64,000 bases of DNA from Kudoa neothunni (lineage: Eukaryota; Animalia; Cnidaria): assembly GCA_964304625.1 (NCBI GenBank), contig OZ199838.1, forward strand, positions 8,853,904 to 8,917,903, written 5' to 3'. Shown here piece by piece: positions 1 to 14,021 of the stretch. Under the pieces are notes generated by a model. The model saw only the letters and a program-made list of their open reading frames with translations. It was not told where the DNA came from and searched no databases. The translations under genes and the position numbers were made by a program. Numbering within the stretch: the first letter of the stretch is position 1; every line of letters begins with the position of its first letter.

Positions 1-443
1 GTCTTCCAACATATAAACCAAAATCTACCAAAATCATTAGTGATGGTATCTCATTATTCGGATGATGTGTTGTTTGAGCCGCTTTGATGTTAAGATATAA
101 ATGAGAATAAACTCTGGGTCAAAGAAGTCATATCTGAGCTCACTAACAATGTTGATGCGTCAGTAAATGTTTAATTATTTAGTTTTTTAATGCATAATTG
201 AATGAACCGTTAACACTGATAGAATGAACATAAAAGAAGGGTTGCGTGTGACTCTGAAGAACCTCTTCCTGCAAAATTATTGAGAACACATTCGAATTTA
301 TCAATTCCAACCTCAAATCCCAATAACAAATCAGGTATGGCAATTTAATGTATTGTTATGCTTATTAATTATTTTTAGTAGTCGATAAGAAACAAACAAA
401 ACCCAAGCAACCGACTATGAACTCATTTTTTGCAAAAAAATGA
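1..443 (+). CDS. 3' part of a spliced gene ending in a C-terminal PCNA-interacting (PIP) box; POLD3- or PARI-like, identity unresolved
   Basis: Removing GT-AG introns 46-94, 163-222 and 335-378 gives one open frame ...KLWVKEVISELTNN...KQTKPKQPTMNSFFAKK* (TGA 441-443). QPTMNSFF fits the Qxx[LIM]xxFF PIP consensus at the extreme C-terminus. Confidence 0.6.
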
Positions 444-718
444 TTATAATTAGAGAAATTTTGTATAGATTAAGTTTGGTTGGTTATGTAAAAGTGTTGT
501 TTGTTGGCAGTCACAGTTAAGTTATCATTGGATAGAATCATAATCATTGTTATAAATCGCCTGAAACATTTTTATTTAAAATCAAAAGCTCTTAGCAGAT
601 GACAACATTTTTAGTGTAATAAAAATAGTACTGAAACCAGGGAGTTTTTTGTAATATTATAACGATTTAAATGATTTTGATCAATCGCTGCTTTAGTTTG
701 TTGAGAACTAAAATTTAT

Positions 719-1782
719 TTATAAACATATGAAGGTGTAAATATTGTATGGAAATACATTGTAGGCAATTAGGCAAATTATCAATAATATTGTGGATAGT
801 AGGGCAAAAACTGTTGAGGTTCCAATGAATAGATTTCCAAACATTTTAACTTTAGTATAAACGATCCAAATGAGGAATGTATTATACCCCAATAGAAATG
901 TCACTATTATCATACATTCGAAAGAATTAAAATGGAGAAAAATTACTTGTTAGATTCCATGCTATATCAACCAATACGAAGCGAAACCTGGTTATAATTT
1001 TTAACAAAAATAATGGCATCAGAAAAATGCTCAAGTATAGACTTGCGTATCCACAATAAATAAAAAATAAATTGAAAATGTCGTATCCGACACCTTTGAA
1101 CTGATCATAAAATCAACGCGCACGTATAAGATAACTACTGAAATGGTATCCAAAGACAATTCTGTTGAATAACACGACTTAAAAAATTTAGACTATTGAG
1201 GAAATTTTCATCGATAGTACTAGAAGGTTCAATATTGTTCTTATTTTGGGTTTTAACTGTCAAAAATTAATTTAATAAATAAATCAAGTATTACCTGATT
1301 TTGAAAGTTTTTCAAAGAATTCAATAGCGTTTAATACATCTATAGAATCAATAATAACAACTTAGTAGACGCTTATACCATATCGTTTGATGGATTCTTT
1401 TACTGCTAATAATTCTATAAAAATATTTCAAAAAAATCCTTGCTTAAAATAACTCTATTATTTTACCGCCCGTGAGAATACCAGTCTGTCGCTTACAGCT
1501 TATACTACTAGAAGAAATGTAACATCCTAAATGCAACCCAAACACGTAGGTTTCATTGGGTTCATTTTTCCTGTGGACGGTAACTTCCAACAAATTATTT
1601 GTACAAAAGCACAACACAAACAATGACAATCCTAGAATTAGACAGATAATGCTGCATATCTTGTACAGAAAACTTTTTCGGATTTCCTACAAGTTAAATT
1701 GTTTCGACTTGATTATTAACATGATTACTTTACATATCGTTGTAAAAAAGGTTATGTACTCTAGAATCCTAACCATATGCAT
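719..1782 (-). CDS. Multi-exon four-TM membrane protein, claudin/PMP-22-like
   Basis: ORFs 1444-1629 and 719-913 can be joined through short GT-AG introns. This gives TM1 (IICLILGLSLFVLCFCTNNLL), a loop with GLHLGC..C resembling the claudin GLW-C-C motif, and three more hydrophobic helices (IFNLFFIYCGYASLYLSIFLMPLFLL; VDIAWNLTMTFLLGYNTFLIWIVY; IGTSTVFALLSTILLIICLIAY). Some splice sites are ambiguous. Confidence 0.5.
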
Positions 1783-3334
1783 ATTTGATCAAATTTTATA
1801 GATATTTGTCGGTAAGTAGATTAATTAAGAAACTTAACCATTCAATATTTCGTATTCTCGTTTATTAGAACGGTGTTTCGTTAGTATGTATCACATGAAA
1901 TAAAAAAATGTTTATTGTTATCTTGTTAAATAATTATTTTCCGATAGGAATTCAATTATATTATTTTTTAATTTAGTATCAAATAAAAATAGCAATTTTG
2001 ATCCTCTTTGAAAATATTGGACTGTTAACTTGGAAATTGGAACTTAGAAAATTTACTTGATGAATAAATAATTATTCTCATTAATTATTAATGACGAAAT
2101 TATACCCTAGCATGACAATTTGGAATTATTATTTTACTTAATTTGGGTTGGTGAAAATTATTAAAAATTTTTGAGAGGTGTATACCGAAGTTTAACAAAT
2201 ACTAGCATTCAGCTTATAGCACTGCCAAATAATGTTTGATAGTACCATCTATCTTCATAATCATATGCCAATATTTTTGATCAGCTTATGAAATGAGTGA
2301 ATTTTTTAGTTAGATGAACTTTATATTTATACATTTGATTCGTAATTTACGATCGATCGAAGTATTGATCCAAATACATCGTAAGTTTTACGAATTAGAG
2401 TCTGATAAGTTTGAGGAAGATTTAAATTTTAATTAATCAATTAATATAAATTCCAATAAAATATCCATGCTGGAGTAAGGAATATCTATTGACACATTAG
2501 TTGAGTGGAACCTTGAATGATTTGAACAGTGCTTATAGCTTGGGGTTTACAAAAAGGTAATGAAGAGGCAATAATTAATAGAATTAACTGTAATATTATT
2601 TACGTAGTAAAGTTGACTTATAAAATATTACTAATCACCAGATAATAAAAATAAAACACATAAGATTGCAATTGAACTAAGCAATCCCATTGAAATAACA
2701 TTAAGAGTAATGATAGTATCCATAACAAAATAGATAAATTTTCTAAAAAGAATAGACTAACTCATAAATGCCCTTAGTTTGCATCTCCAGGAGGTTTACG
2801 ATTGGATTAGTAATATGCATGATAATTTGGAATTACTTCAAGCAGATTAAGTATCTAATTTCAAAAAATTCTCTGCTGCATTATAAGGCAACTTTTAATT
2901 TTCTTTGAATTAATTCCAAGGTTTTAGTCATCAATACATTATCGCATAGTATAAATTTTTTTGAGAAAATATAAGTGAAAGTTCATGATATTTTAATGAC
3001 TGAGAATGTCACATAGGTGATTTAGTCAGTTTATAGAAATCCTGTAGTAACCACATAATGACGATTTAATCAGCTCATTTTATCGGATGCCTAATAATGT
3101 TTTGTCATGTTTAAACTATATTTCTAATTGAATCATTTTTTCGTGTTTTAAATAAAAATAAAAATGATTAAAAAAATATTTATAGTAACTATGAGGAGTG
3201 AATATTCTCGTTCATAGTTATTATAATATAGCTATTTAAATCCCAATGATAACAAATTATTAAAATATTTCAAACGTACATCCTACTACATAGACGCCTG
3301 AATGATTAGTTATACCATATGTATTATCTTTTAA

Positions 3335-5009
3335 CATTAGTAAGTACGCACAAAATCATTACATTACTGCATAACAGGGTCCAATGGACTCTGTTCGTAA
3401 AATGAGATTTTCTGTTTGTTAATGTTTTATAAATATTCTAGAAACCAACAAAAGTTTATTTTAAAGCTTTTTTAAATAGGTATTATAATCATTTATAGCT
3501 AACTTGCAGAAATATGAAGAAAAACACAACGCCATTACTAAAACAATGACAACATTGAAAAACTCATCCAAATCATTGGATTTATGATCAACATAAATAA
3601 TTAGTTACATCTGTAACAGAGAGCAGAATAATGTTGTTCACGTGCATTTCTTCGGCATTTAGAGCAGCTTGTCTTTGTTTTTATATGTTTCGAGTATGGG
3701 TAAAAATGGCATCTTATCTTGTCACCCCTCCTATCATATTTCGGCGGTGTTGCAAGTGGAAGATCAATTTTTTCGTTAACGTACTTTTCAACAATCTCAT
3801 CAGTTAAATTTTTTAAATATTTATGTTTTGTTTGATTATTATATTTTAGTTTAAATTCGTTATATTCATCTAAGTACCAATAATCGAGTTGTAACCAGTG
3901 ATATCAAGGATATTGTAAAATATTGGGAGTGGCGACCTGAGAGTTCTCCTTCTCACAATGTAGAATCGAATGAGTTGGTCAAGAACATCGATCCCAGCCT
4001 TAGCTTGATTATAGTAATGTACTATTTCAGGCTTTCCGTCTTCCTCAATATTGTTGTCGTTGTGCATGGATCTGAGGAAACAAACTGACTTGTTTGGTTT
4101 TTCAAAAAACCTTAAAAGTGTTATTTTTTGGGGTAATTTGAATTGAGACCCGACCTCTTTTGAATTTAATTAAAAATTGACAGGTACAAATTTTCGAGAC
4201 TTTCTCACAATTTCAACAAGGGCTGTTTTACAACTTCTTAAATAGTTTTCTAGATTTAAGCTCGTAAAAAAATTGTCAGTTATTATAGTTCTTCCTTGAT
4301 CGAGATAAATATTCACAAATTCTTTGACAACTTGCTCTCCCTGATTTACTTCTGAATTATTTGATGATTTACCTGCATAAATTTGAGCGTTACATGAGTA
4401 GGCATTTTTGGCGTCCGCCAAAATCCAAATCTTTATGTCTTATTTCCCCGGTTTTTGGGTATATATGTCTTTAAATTCAAACGGCCTCTTGTTGTACACA
4501 GGTTTTCATCCACCGTTAACATTTCGGACGGTACATAGTTATTTTTGCAATTATTGATGAAAGAATCTCATAAAAAACTAATTGGTGAGTACTTTTTCCG
4601 TGAGTCACGCTCACTGCGATCATCAAAACGAATATTTTCAGAGATAAGTCTATATCTTCTGTATGATATTATTATTAAAGCACAAAAATTATTCAATTTC
4701 CACTTATTTACACAGAATATATAATTGATTACTTTTTGACAAAAACAGCAGACCTTATTGCTTGTTCCATAATTCTTGCAATGATGAGTTTTTGTTTGTC
4801 ACCAATCCAAGATATATATTAGCTCGTATCCACTTCCTAACATCACCGTCACTAATTTTTGTTTTATTATTTCTTTTCTCTATAAACGTATTCGCCGAAG
4901 TAATTATTTTCGAAATAATATTATCATCGACGAAACGCTTGAATGATGTCAATGGTGAAAATATGGTTTCCCCAGATTTTATTTGGAACCCTAAATTTAT
5001 TATTGGCGG
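3335..5009 (-). mobile_element. Degraded piggyBac (PGBD4-like transposase pseudogene), 5'-truncated
   Basis: ORF fragments carry piggyBac motifs: LTVDE, ITDNFFTS, YNQAKAGIDVLDQ, plus a Cys-rich C-terminal domain at about 3600-3730. Multiple stops and frameshifts. Confidence 0.85.
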
Positions 5010-5505
5010 GGACTATTGGCCCGAACATGTTAATTAGGCCATTCCTTTAGTTTTATTTCATTCAAAATAACATAAAATTGTATTAATAAACTAAATATCA
5101 TGTATGGAATTACTTTTAAATGGATATTAGATCTATAAGATTCATTTACGTTGTTTTATATCAGAAAAGACATGGAATTATTTAATATTAATAGTAACTA
5201 AATGCATGCACAAGAATAAAATATATCTTGAGAATGTATTTTTTCAAAACATATTTTTGTGTCCAATAAATTAGCATGAAATATTACAGAGAATTACTGT
5301 TGATATTTCATGAATATCATATGTTGGAGTTGCACCTAATCTTCGAGATATGGAGGGGGTTATTGTGAACCAAAAATTATAAAAAATATTAAATTATTTT
5401 CTATTTGTATTACATTAGCAGTGGAAATTGTTTATCATAATTTTTACATAAGTTATTTCCAGGAATATTAGAAAACATTACAACAATGACTAGCCTAGCG
5501 ACCGT
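5010..5505 (-). mobile_element. Terminal fragment (TIR plus about 450 bp) of the MULE family at 57307-61067
   Basis: attggcccgaacatg-taattaggccattcctttagttt... aligns collinearly with 57317-57815. Confidence 0.8.
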
Positions 5506-5890
5506 GTATCTTGTAAACCTCCGAGCAGCTCCGAATTGACTGTACACCCGGCGTCTTTGGCTTTGGAATCTTAAAAGACCCCGAGACAAAATTCCTTATA
5601 ATCAACACATTTCAATCCCTGTAGTATTTTAATTAAGCGCATGACATTTGTAATATTGATTAACATCCACTATATGTTACAATATGCAAAATAATATGTT
5701 GTATGACTAATTGTTCGGTTTTTTTTCTCAATCCATGCAATGAAAGTCGTTATTAATTTTCTTTAATGTAATATTCTAATTAAAAAATTTTATATAAAAC
5801 GTAGAAAATTTATAATGATTGAAGTTTTAATAAAAATAATTTTTTTCACTTTATATGTGATATATGAATTTTCCATCCCTATATTTCTTT

Positions 5891-8800
5891 GGCAGTGGCT
5901 ATTACCACGGGAATCAATTACTCTTTAATTGTTACCTCTACTAAATAACTAATTTTACATTATTAATATTTATATTTTTCTCTATTAAATTATGGAAAAT
6001 AAAGAAATTTGAGATGGTTGTAAATTTATGGAAAATAGACTGCTAGTAACATAAATGTTAGCGAATCTAATAGACTAAAACAATATTAACGTCAAATTAA
6101 TTAAAAATATTAATCATTTCGAATTTATTGCTTTGAGCTATACAGTGTAAACGTAACTCCACATGTTTTTCGAGCTTGGTTGAACTACAATGAGTGATTC
6201 GAATTCAGACAATTTTCATGTTGGAATCAAACTTGAAACTTTTGAATGTTTAAAATTTTATATTTAAGAGTATGAGAAAAGTCATTTTGTGAATCTAAAG
6301 ATTCAAGAAGAATTGACTCAGTGCAAAACCGGGTTAATCGATATATTAAAAACACGTTAGTGTATTACGAAATAACTTATGTATGCTACTTTGGAGCCCA
6401 TTACCGAAATAGAGGTGAAGGCGAACGCAAAAATAATTCCCTTAAGAGATATTGCCCATTTAAAGTTACATTATGAGTAAGTGTAGATGGAAATTTCCTG
6501 GAGATTAGATCCTCTAACACTACCCATAACCATCCAAATGATCCATGGATCTAAGAAAACTTACCCAGCACAGTCAGAGGAAGTTAAATCAATGTTATGG
6601 CTATTTGTCAGAGCAAACAAAAAGCTCATACAAGCCATGATGAATGACGAGGCAGGCAAGAATATACCTTTGAAAGTTATTCACAACATTAAAAAAATCT
6701 CAAAAGTCGGATCTGATAACACTACTTTAGTTGTAGAAATTTTAAAAAATCACTAATACTGCATAGTGAGCGTTTTATCAGATGATAATAAAAATGTTTG
6801 TGGAATCTTTTTTATGGATAAGCAGATATTCAACACAATTAATTTCTTCCCAGTTACCCATGTTTGATGCAATCTATAAACTGCTAGTCTCACGGTAATC
6901 TTAGGAGGTTTTCTCTATTTCGTTGTTTTATTAGTTTATTAGTGCGCCATTGTATCTGTCTGTTGCAGAAGACTCGGTTGGTGAAACCCACATAACTAGC
7001 GGCTGCATCTTGTACGATGAAACGGCGGAGTCAATTAAATGGTATATTTCTCAACTAATAAAAATGATTCCGAACATGATTCAAAATGTCCGAACGATCA
7101 TTACTGACAATCACCACACTCTAAGGAAGTGTTTGAAAGAATTATTTCCTAACTCCAATCTAATGATCTGCATATTTCATGTTTCTCAAAGTTTCAGACG
7201 TGAAATAACTATGTCGAAATACGGTATCACTCGAGAGAAAAGGGACCGATTGCTTGAAACTCTTAATAAAATTATCTATTCGAAAAATAAACATGAATTC
7301 GATAAACTATGCAATAATTATTTTCAATAAAGCAATGATAAATTTATTAACTATTTTAAATCCAATCGCTGATGAATGTGTCATAGGATTAAGTGAAGCA
7401 AATCAATTCTATGAAAACTTGACTAATAATAGATTAGAAGCCATCAATGGTCAACTAAAACAAACAATAAAGAAATTTTCGAATCTTAATGATTTTTTCC
7501 GTTATTTCTTTGACGCTCTCAAATCAATGAGAATAGAAAGGAAATACAATATAACCAAAATATTACTGAACCCAGTTAATTTTGATACCTCAAATGAGGT
7601 TCTAAACGCGTATTTTAATCATTTAAATCCATTTGCCTTCAATATAATCCATAAACAAATTCAAAATTTTGACGAAAACACTAATACAGATAGTTTAACT
7701 ACATCCATAAAATGTAATTGTTATATTTACAGATCGTATCTCCTTCCATGTAGTCATATTTTTAAAAAGAGAGCGTTTAACCTGCTTCCAATGTTCGATT
7801 CAAATTTATGCCACCCTAGGTGGTCAAAAGATTACATGAGCCGATTCTTGGAAATGGAAACTATAAATATAACACCAAAAGAGAGTATTACAATAAAACC
7901 AAAAGGAATTTTTAAATCTTATGGAAAACGTTTAAAAAATTCTGTGATTTACACAAATAAGCTAGCAGCTTTGTCCGCTGAATATTGTGGGGAGTTTTAT
8001 GATAGTTGCCTATCATTATTCAACACAATAGAAAAAACAATCAAGAACCACAACATCAAATTAATAAAACAAATAAATCAATTAGATATTTTAAGAAAAC
8101 TTAATTTTTCTTGATCTTATTTTTAGGAAATCGCACCATTGAATACTCCGAGGTTATAGCCGAAGATGAAGATATTTCTGAAGGAAGAGGTATATGACGC
8201 TTAACTTAACTACTTTACTCGTATCTAGCTTACAAAAAATAGATGTTATTGGGAATATTTTTAATTCTCAAATAATTGTTGAGGGTGCTGGTAATAATAT
8301 TGTTCCGCAAGGTGAGGAGATTATCGAGAATATTATTGTTAATAATATTTCAAATGAAAATGCTCCCGAGCTCCAAACCGTTTTGTCTGAAGATCAATTA
8401 GTACCTACTTTAAATATGATCGAACTTGATGTTACTTCCATTTCCTCTCTTTTTTAAATTATTTTAGCCTTAAAAATTTCCTCTCGAGTGAAGTCTGTTG
8501 GGAGACCAAAGGGATACGCTTTAACCATTATTGGATACAAAAAGAAAACTAAATTTTCTTAGATCTCTCACTATTTATTTGACTAGGATAGCCATTGTTC
8601 ATCGTGTTATATTCATCTAATTTCTGAAAAATGACCTAATTATGATTAGTTTTCTCAAATTTCTTGTCTATATTGAAATCTAAAGCGGAAAATTCACATC
8701 ATTTCTGTGAAATATAATGAGCATATCTTATCTTGAAGTTCATAATTTATGAATAGAATACAATAAATCACATAATTTAAACATTGTAAATATTGGAAAT

Positions 8801-9104
8801 AAATTAAATAACACGAGGTTGAACGTATCATGTGGAAGCGCGCGCTTCAAGAGTAATGTCAGACCTACAAAATCACACCAAATTCTTTAACTTTAACCTT
8901 ATTATTGACACAAAATGATATAATACAATTTTGATCATGTATTAAATTAAGATTAATAAATCTTTCATTTAATTATGGAAAGCGATCAATGAAATGAACA
9001 ATATAAATATGTAAAAAAAGATATTATCAATTGTTACCTAATTCTATAATTTAATAGAGATAATAATTGCAGAAAAATGGATTCTCGTGGTAATAGCCAG
9101 TGTC
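5891..9104 (+). mobile_element. Mutator/MULE element with decayed SWIM-zinc-finger transposase
   Basis: TIRs ggcagtggctattaccacggga / tctcgtggtaatagccagtgtc. Transposase fragments at about 6190-8560 include ITD..., ICIFHV, LTNNRLEAING, SWIM CNC..Y.LPCSH and VGRPKG. Confidence 0.85.
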
Positions 9105-10590
9105 ATTTATTATTAGTCTACAAACGATAAAAAAACAACAACATCAATCTAAGATGTGTCAGAAATAAAAATGTTAATTGTTACTCCTTTTTGCAATTTT
9201 ATAAAGGATGTCAATGAGGTTTTAATAATTTGTGAGTGGTAACTTACGTATTTACATTTTAACATAATTTCCCGATTTTTTAATAAATGCACCTTTCTTT
9301 TTTTAGTATTAATACTTACTGGTTCAAAAATATACAAATTTAATTATCAAAATACGATCAAATCTAAAATGTAAAGGAGTTGTTGATTTGAAAAATTACA
9401 CTAATGCTTAAATATTTAAATATCAACTGGTTTTCTCGAAGGAGTGCACCCTTTTAAAAATAAACATAATGTTTGACTATTCTAAATAAATTTCTTAGTA
9501 TTTAACTTTTCTTGGATTAACGAAAACTTTGTGGAAATATCGGTTAGATCGAATAAACCAATAGTTTCTTATTAATTTACATGACACGTATTGAGTGGGG
9601 ATTGTATTTTGTGCAATAGTAATCGTGAAAATAAATTCTAAAACTACGCATAGAATTCGGAGCCGCATATTTTCATGAAGCTTTTTTATCATAATGAATT
9701 AGTTTTAGCGAAAAGAAAATTATATATTGATTTGAATATTTATCTTAAGGTCTGGGCGGGGAATAATTAGATTACTAAGAACTTAAACATCATTTAAAAA
9801 ATTATCTCATCAAATATAGAAACTTATCGAATTCGTTATTCCAGCTACGTTTTAAAAAAGTTTAGGAAAACAAAAAAATGAGTAAATACTTATCGAAAGA
9901 CGAATATAGTTTCAATCTTAATCAATATATTTGATAAAAAGAAATTTTCATTTAAGAAGTCATCACAAAAATTTAATTATTTGGAAACTCTACTCACATC
10001 GTACATCGTTTTTAGAATGTGTATGGAGACCCAAATTATTCCAACATGGCAACAATTTTAATTTCGAATTATGCGTTAAATTTAAAATGATCGTAATATT
10101 TTTCGCTTAAGATGTATTTTAGTGTTTGAAAAATGAAAATACATCCGAAATAATTTGGTTATTCTTCAAATTTTAAAGAAAATGCAACAACTCTTGTAGA
10201 TGTAGTGTTAATGGTTTTATCTGTTTTAAAATTATTCCAAACAGGCGTATATAAAATTTTTTAGAACATTCTACACCATAATTAAGAGACTCTTTGTATG
10301 CAGTGAGTAAAAGTTTATTCTAATTGAGTATCACTCTGAAGTAAACAAACATCTATTTTATTCAGGTACCTTTTAATCTGGTAATTGACGTGGACAACCA
10401 GAAAATTCCTTACTTCTGAGATTGATATTGATTTTATTTGTACTTATAAGTAAATTAACGATTTTTATTAATGGTATCATGTATTCAAATGCGAACTAAA
10501 AGCTGTATTTAAAAAAAGTTTCTCCGTGGCACATGCGCACTTGTGGACACACACACACTGACAGACAAAGGATTTTATATAGTAGGTGGA
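9105..10590 (-). mobile_element. Non-autonomous Helitron (3'-truncated), inverted homolog of 20397-21560
   Basis: Reverse complement aligns with 20400-21555. The 5' end reads TC..tatataaaa..tgtctgtc..gtgtgtg, typical of Helitron 5' termini. Confidence 0.65.
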
Positions 10591-10780
10591 TTAGTTTTTT
10601 CTTAATACCGCTTGAATTTCATTTTAGTGTACATGCAGTTAGATGGATATTAGGCATAAAATATGCATTGAGCATTGAGTACCTTTTAGTCAATCACTGC
10701 CCCCTAAAACACGCAATAATCATTGTTTACTGTAACTTTAAGACAGTAGCTATTAACACGCTAGCTTATAATCCCTTGTC

Positions 10781-13700
10781 GGGACTGTCTATTGACACGA
10801 CAATTGATTTCTCCAAAATTACTAATAGTTCAAGTCTGAAATTTTATATATTGTTTTATATTAAATAATGGAATTTGGTCAAAAAAGTTGTTCATCTCAT
10901 TTTTGGTTTTTATGACAACATTTTCACTAAATTCAACAAATAAATAATTTATTTTTATATATATTATTACATAGAGTTATAATTTATATTTTAAAGTAAA
11001 ATTCGAAAGAATATCTTTTTTATAACATTAGAAATGAGCGGATTAAATTTAAGTCATGATATCGACAAAGTTGAATTCTGACGTTGCAAAGTTAGCAATA
11101 AATATAACAAAACATTCGTAATCAATGTGAAAGTTAACAACTGACTTTAATATAATTAAATTAATTTGAATTTTTATTTAATTTGGCGGAGACTTTACCT
11201 TTTTCGTTGTCTCTTAATTGCTGTCAAGCCATAACCTTTAGGCTTCCCAGCTACCTTAACTTTCCTAGTAAGTGTAAGATCTAAAACTTAATAATATTTT
11301 CTACATTAATTTATACATCTTTTAATTCTGGAAGGTTTATTGGTTCTCTGTTTTCGATATCAGTTACGTCCGGATTAGGAGCGGTTCCAATTACATCCTT
11401 CTCAAGCGGCTCAGGTGGAGGTGTATCCTTTATTGGCGGAATTACAACAAGATTACTTTCTAATTAAACATATTTGTTATGTTTTCATAACTTAAATTTA
11501 TGCTATACCTGAGGAAGTTGATGCAATGAAGTCAACGTCACCATCATACCCATCAATACCTGCCTCTAAGAGTATGCCAAACTCTAAATTAAATCATGGT
11601 TTTCAAAAATAGAAACGTTCTACCTATCAATTTCTTCAAAACCGCCAGATTATGATTTTTAATAATGTTTTCACCCACTTTGAATAATTTGATGCAGTGA
11701 TCGAAATATTCCCCGCAATACTCAGCAGAAGACGAGGATAATTTATTGGTACATACATTAGCCAACTTCATGCGTTTGGAAAAGTGGTTATAAGATCATG
11801 TTGCTTTTTTATAACAATACCATTTGGGATGATATATATGTGGGTCAAACAATGGCAATAATGATTTTGATCTTTGTGTCAGAATGTGTTGGCAAGGTAG
11901 CTCATAAGATCGATAAAACTTACATGTACAAAAATTGATAGTCGAATTATAATTTAATCCACAATCAAATTTTGTTTGCATCTTTCTCAATTCTTTAATT
12001 ACAAATTTACAGGAGAATGAAGTTAAGTGATCCCAATACTTTTTTTCAACCTAATTTTCAATATTCCTATAGGATGTCTTAGATAATTCGGTCACTATAC
12101 GGCAAATTTTTACTGTTCTGAATGAATTCAAAAGAATAAAGAATTTATTGAAAAAATCTTCCAAAGTAGAGAATTTTTTTATCGCGCTATTCAGTTTTGA
12201 ATTAAGAGCTTCTAGTCGATTATTTGTTAAATTATTGTAAAAGTGTCGAGCTTTACTGAATGATATGATCCATTGTGATTTAATTGGATCCCAATTTTTC
12301 TTGAAATAGATATTGAAATCCAAAATATTATAACTATAGAGCTCATCACATAAGTTTTCACATTCCATTACATTTTTAGCATGCATCATTTTTTTAAGGG
12401 TGAATAACATGGATTCTTTTGTTTCATTATTAATATTATATTTCGTAAGTTTTAACTCTCGTTGAAAAATCTGTATAACGTGAAATTTACAAATAAACAT
12501 TTCGGCATTGGGAAAATGATTCTTCATAACTTTTCGAAGCTTTAAATCCTTATCAGTAACAATCGAAAGGATTTTTTCTTTTATCCAAGGAACAATTGAA
12601 ATCAATTCATTAATGTACCAGTCAACTACTACTTAAGTCTCCTCAAATATTATACACGCACTATTATATGTCAAACCCATAGAGTCTTCAGAAACCGTCA
12701 GGTACAAGGGGGCCCTAATGTTAGAATATATAGATAACTTTAATATCTTAAAATAATAAAAATAACCGCGAATCAAGTAATTTGTAGGTTGCGTCAATTG
12801 ACAGATATTCTGGAAAAAATGAAAAAACATCCTTCATTTTTTCATCCACGAATAGAATTGCACTAACTTGGTTTGTTTCACCTGCTAGTATTCTAACATC
12901 ACAATTATAATCTTCCTTTACTAATTTATAAACGAAGTTCATATCAATCTTCTGCGTGGATAGATTTTTTTTAATATTATGTATAAACTTAAATGTTATC
13001 ATTTTACCGGTTTCTTGTTAGATTTTGGATTAAAACAATTTTTTGTTGGCGCATAAAGAAACTAGTTCCGATACCCTTTGATCATTACGATCCAATTTTC
13101 GTTGTGGAGGCAAACATTTAAAAAAAGTTGGGTTGGTTCCATGATTGTGGCTTAAATTGAGTGATTTTACTTCGAGCGTTTGTCCGTCTGAACTTACTCT
13201 TAGTGATACATGAACAGGACTGTTATGATCCCAAAGGACACTATTAGGAAGGGCATGCATTATCACACCCAATCAACAGGGCGTGTTGATTCCCATTAAC
13301 ATTAATTAGTAGTTCTCGTTATTCACTTTAGTACGACCGGAATAATTACTATTTTACGAATACGGTCACTACCTCTTCTATCTTAGTTATACTATTATTT
13401 AATATATTGGGTTTCTATTCTCGCGCGATACCAACAAGGACAGGTGCCTTTCATGGTTTGTTTTTCTCTAATACCCTTTGACCTGTCTCGATACTGGTCA
13501 CTAAAATAACAAACATATTTGACGGAGTAGTAATTTAAGTTTTGTTGAATTTTTTGGTGAGGACTCACTTTAGGTTTGATAGTTTTGTTGAGTCACGCTT
13601 AATCAAGACACAGCATGATTGCTGTTCAAACTTATGTATAAACTCTTCTAATTGCTTAAAAGAGTCAAATTTTTTACCTACTTCAAATAAATCAATATCG

Positions 13701-13900
13701 GTTCTATTTGCCATTTTCCATACATGCGCCGCAAATACTTTAATTTAATTTTACAAACTTTTCTAATTAAAATTATTTTTAATCAATATTTACCTAATAT
13801 ATGTTTATATGAGACAAGGGTAACAATTTTAACTTTCTAATTTTCTTGAAACTAAACTTAGTTTCTCCAATATTAATGGAAAAATCAATAAAAAATTTTT
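10781..13900 (-). mobile_element. Degraded Mutator/MULE element (SWIM transposase pseudogene about 11200-13714)
   Basis: Motifs IDATYKL, VTDKD, ICKFHV, LTNNRLEALNS and CTCKFYRSYELPCQH. TIR-like gggactgtctattgacacg at 10781. The right boundary is approximate. Confidence 0.8.
13221..13436. mobile_element. Solo LTR (216 bp) inserted in the MULE transposase
   Basis: TGTT...AACA termini flanked by a perfect 5-bp TSD AGGAC (13216-13220 and 13437-13441). Removing it rejoins GTCP|VHVSLRV of the transposase. Confidence 0.75.
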
Positions 13901-14021
13901 GTAATATAAATAGATATTTTAGGAGATCAATATATGTTAAAATAATATATAAAATTTCTTCTTTGGTTTAATGAAAAAATTTTTTTCGAGGAATTATTGT
14001 AATGTTTTAATTTGTATCTTA

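Noticed and set aside
9149-10868. Short ORFs 9149-9337, 9495-9692 and 10533-10868 as genes
   Set aside because: They lie in or across Helitron/MULE non-coding DNA, are not conserved in the second Helitron copy, and show no domains.
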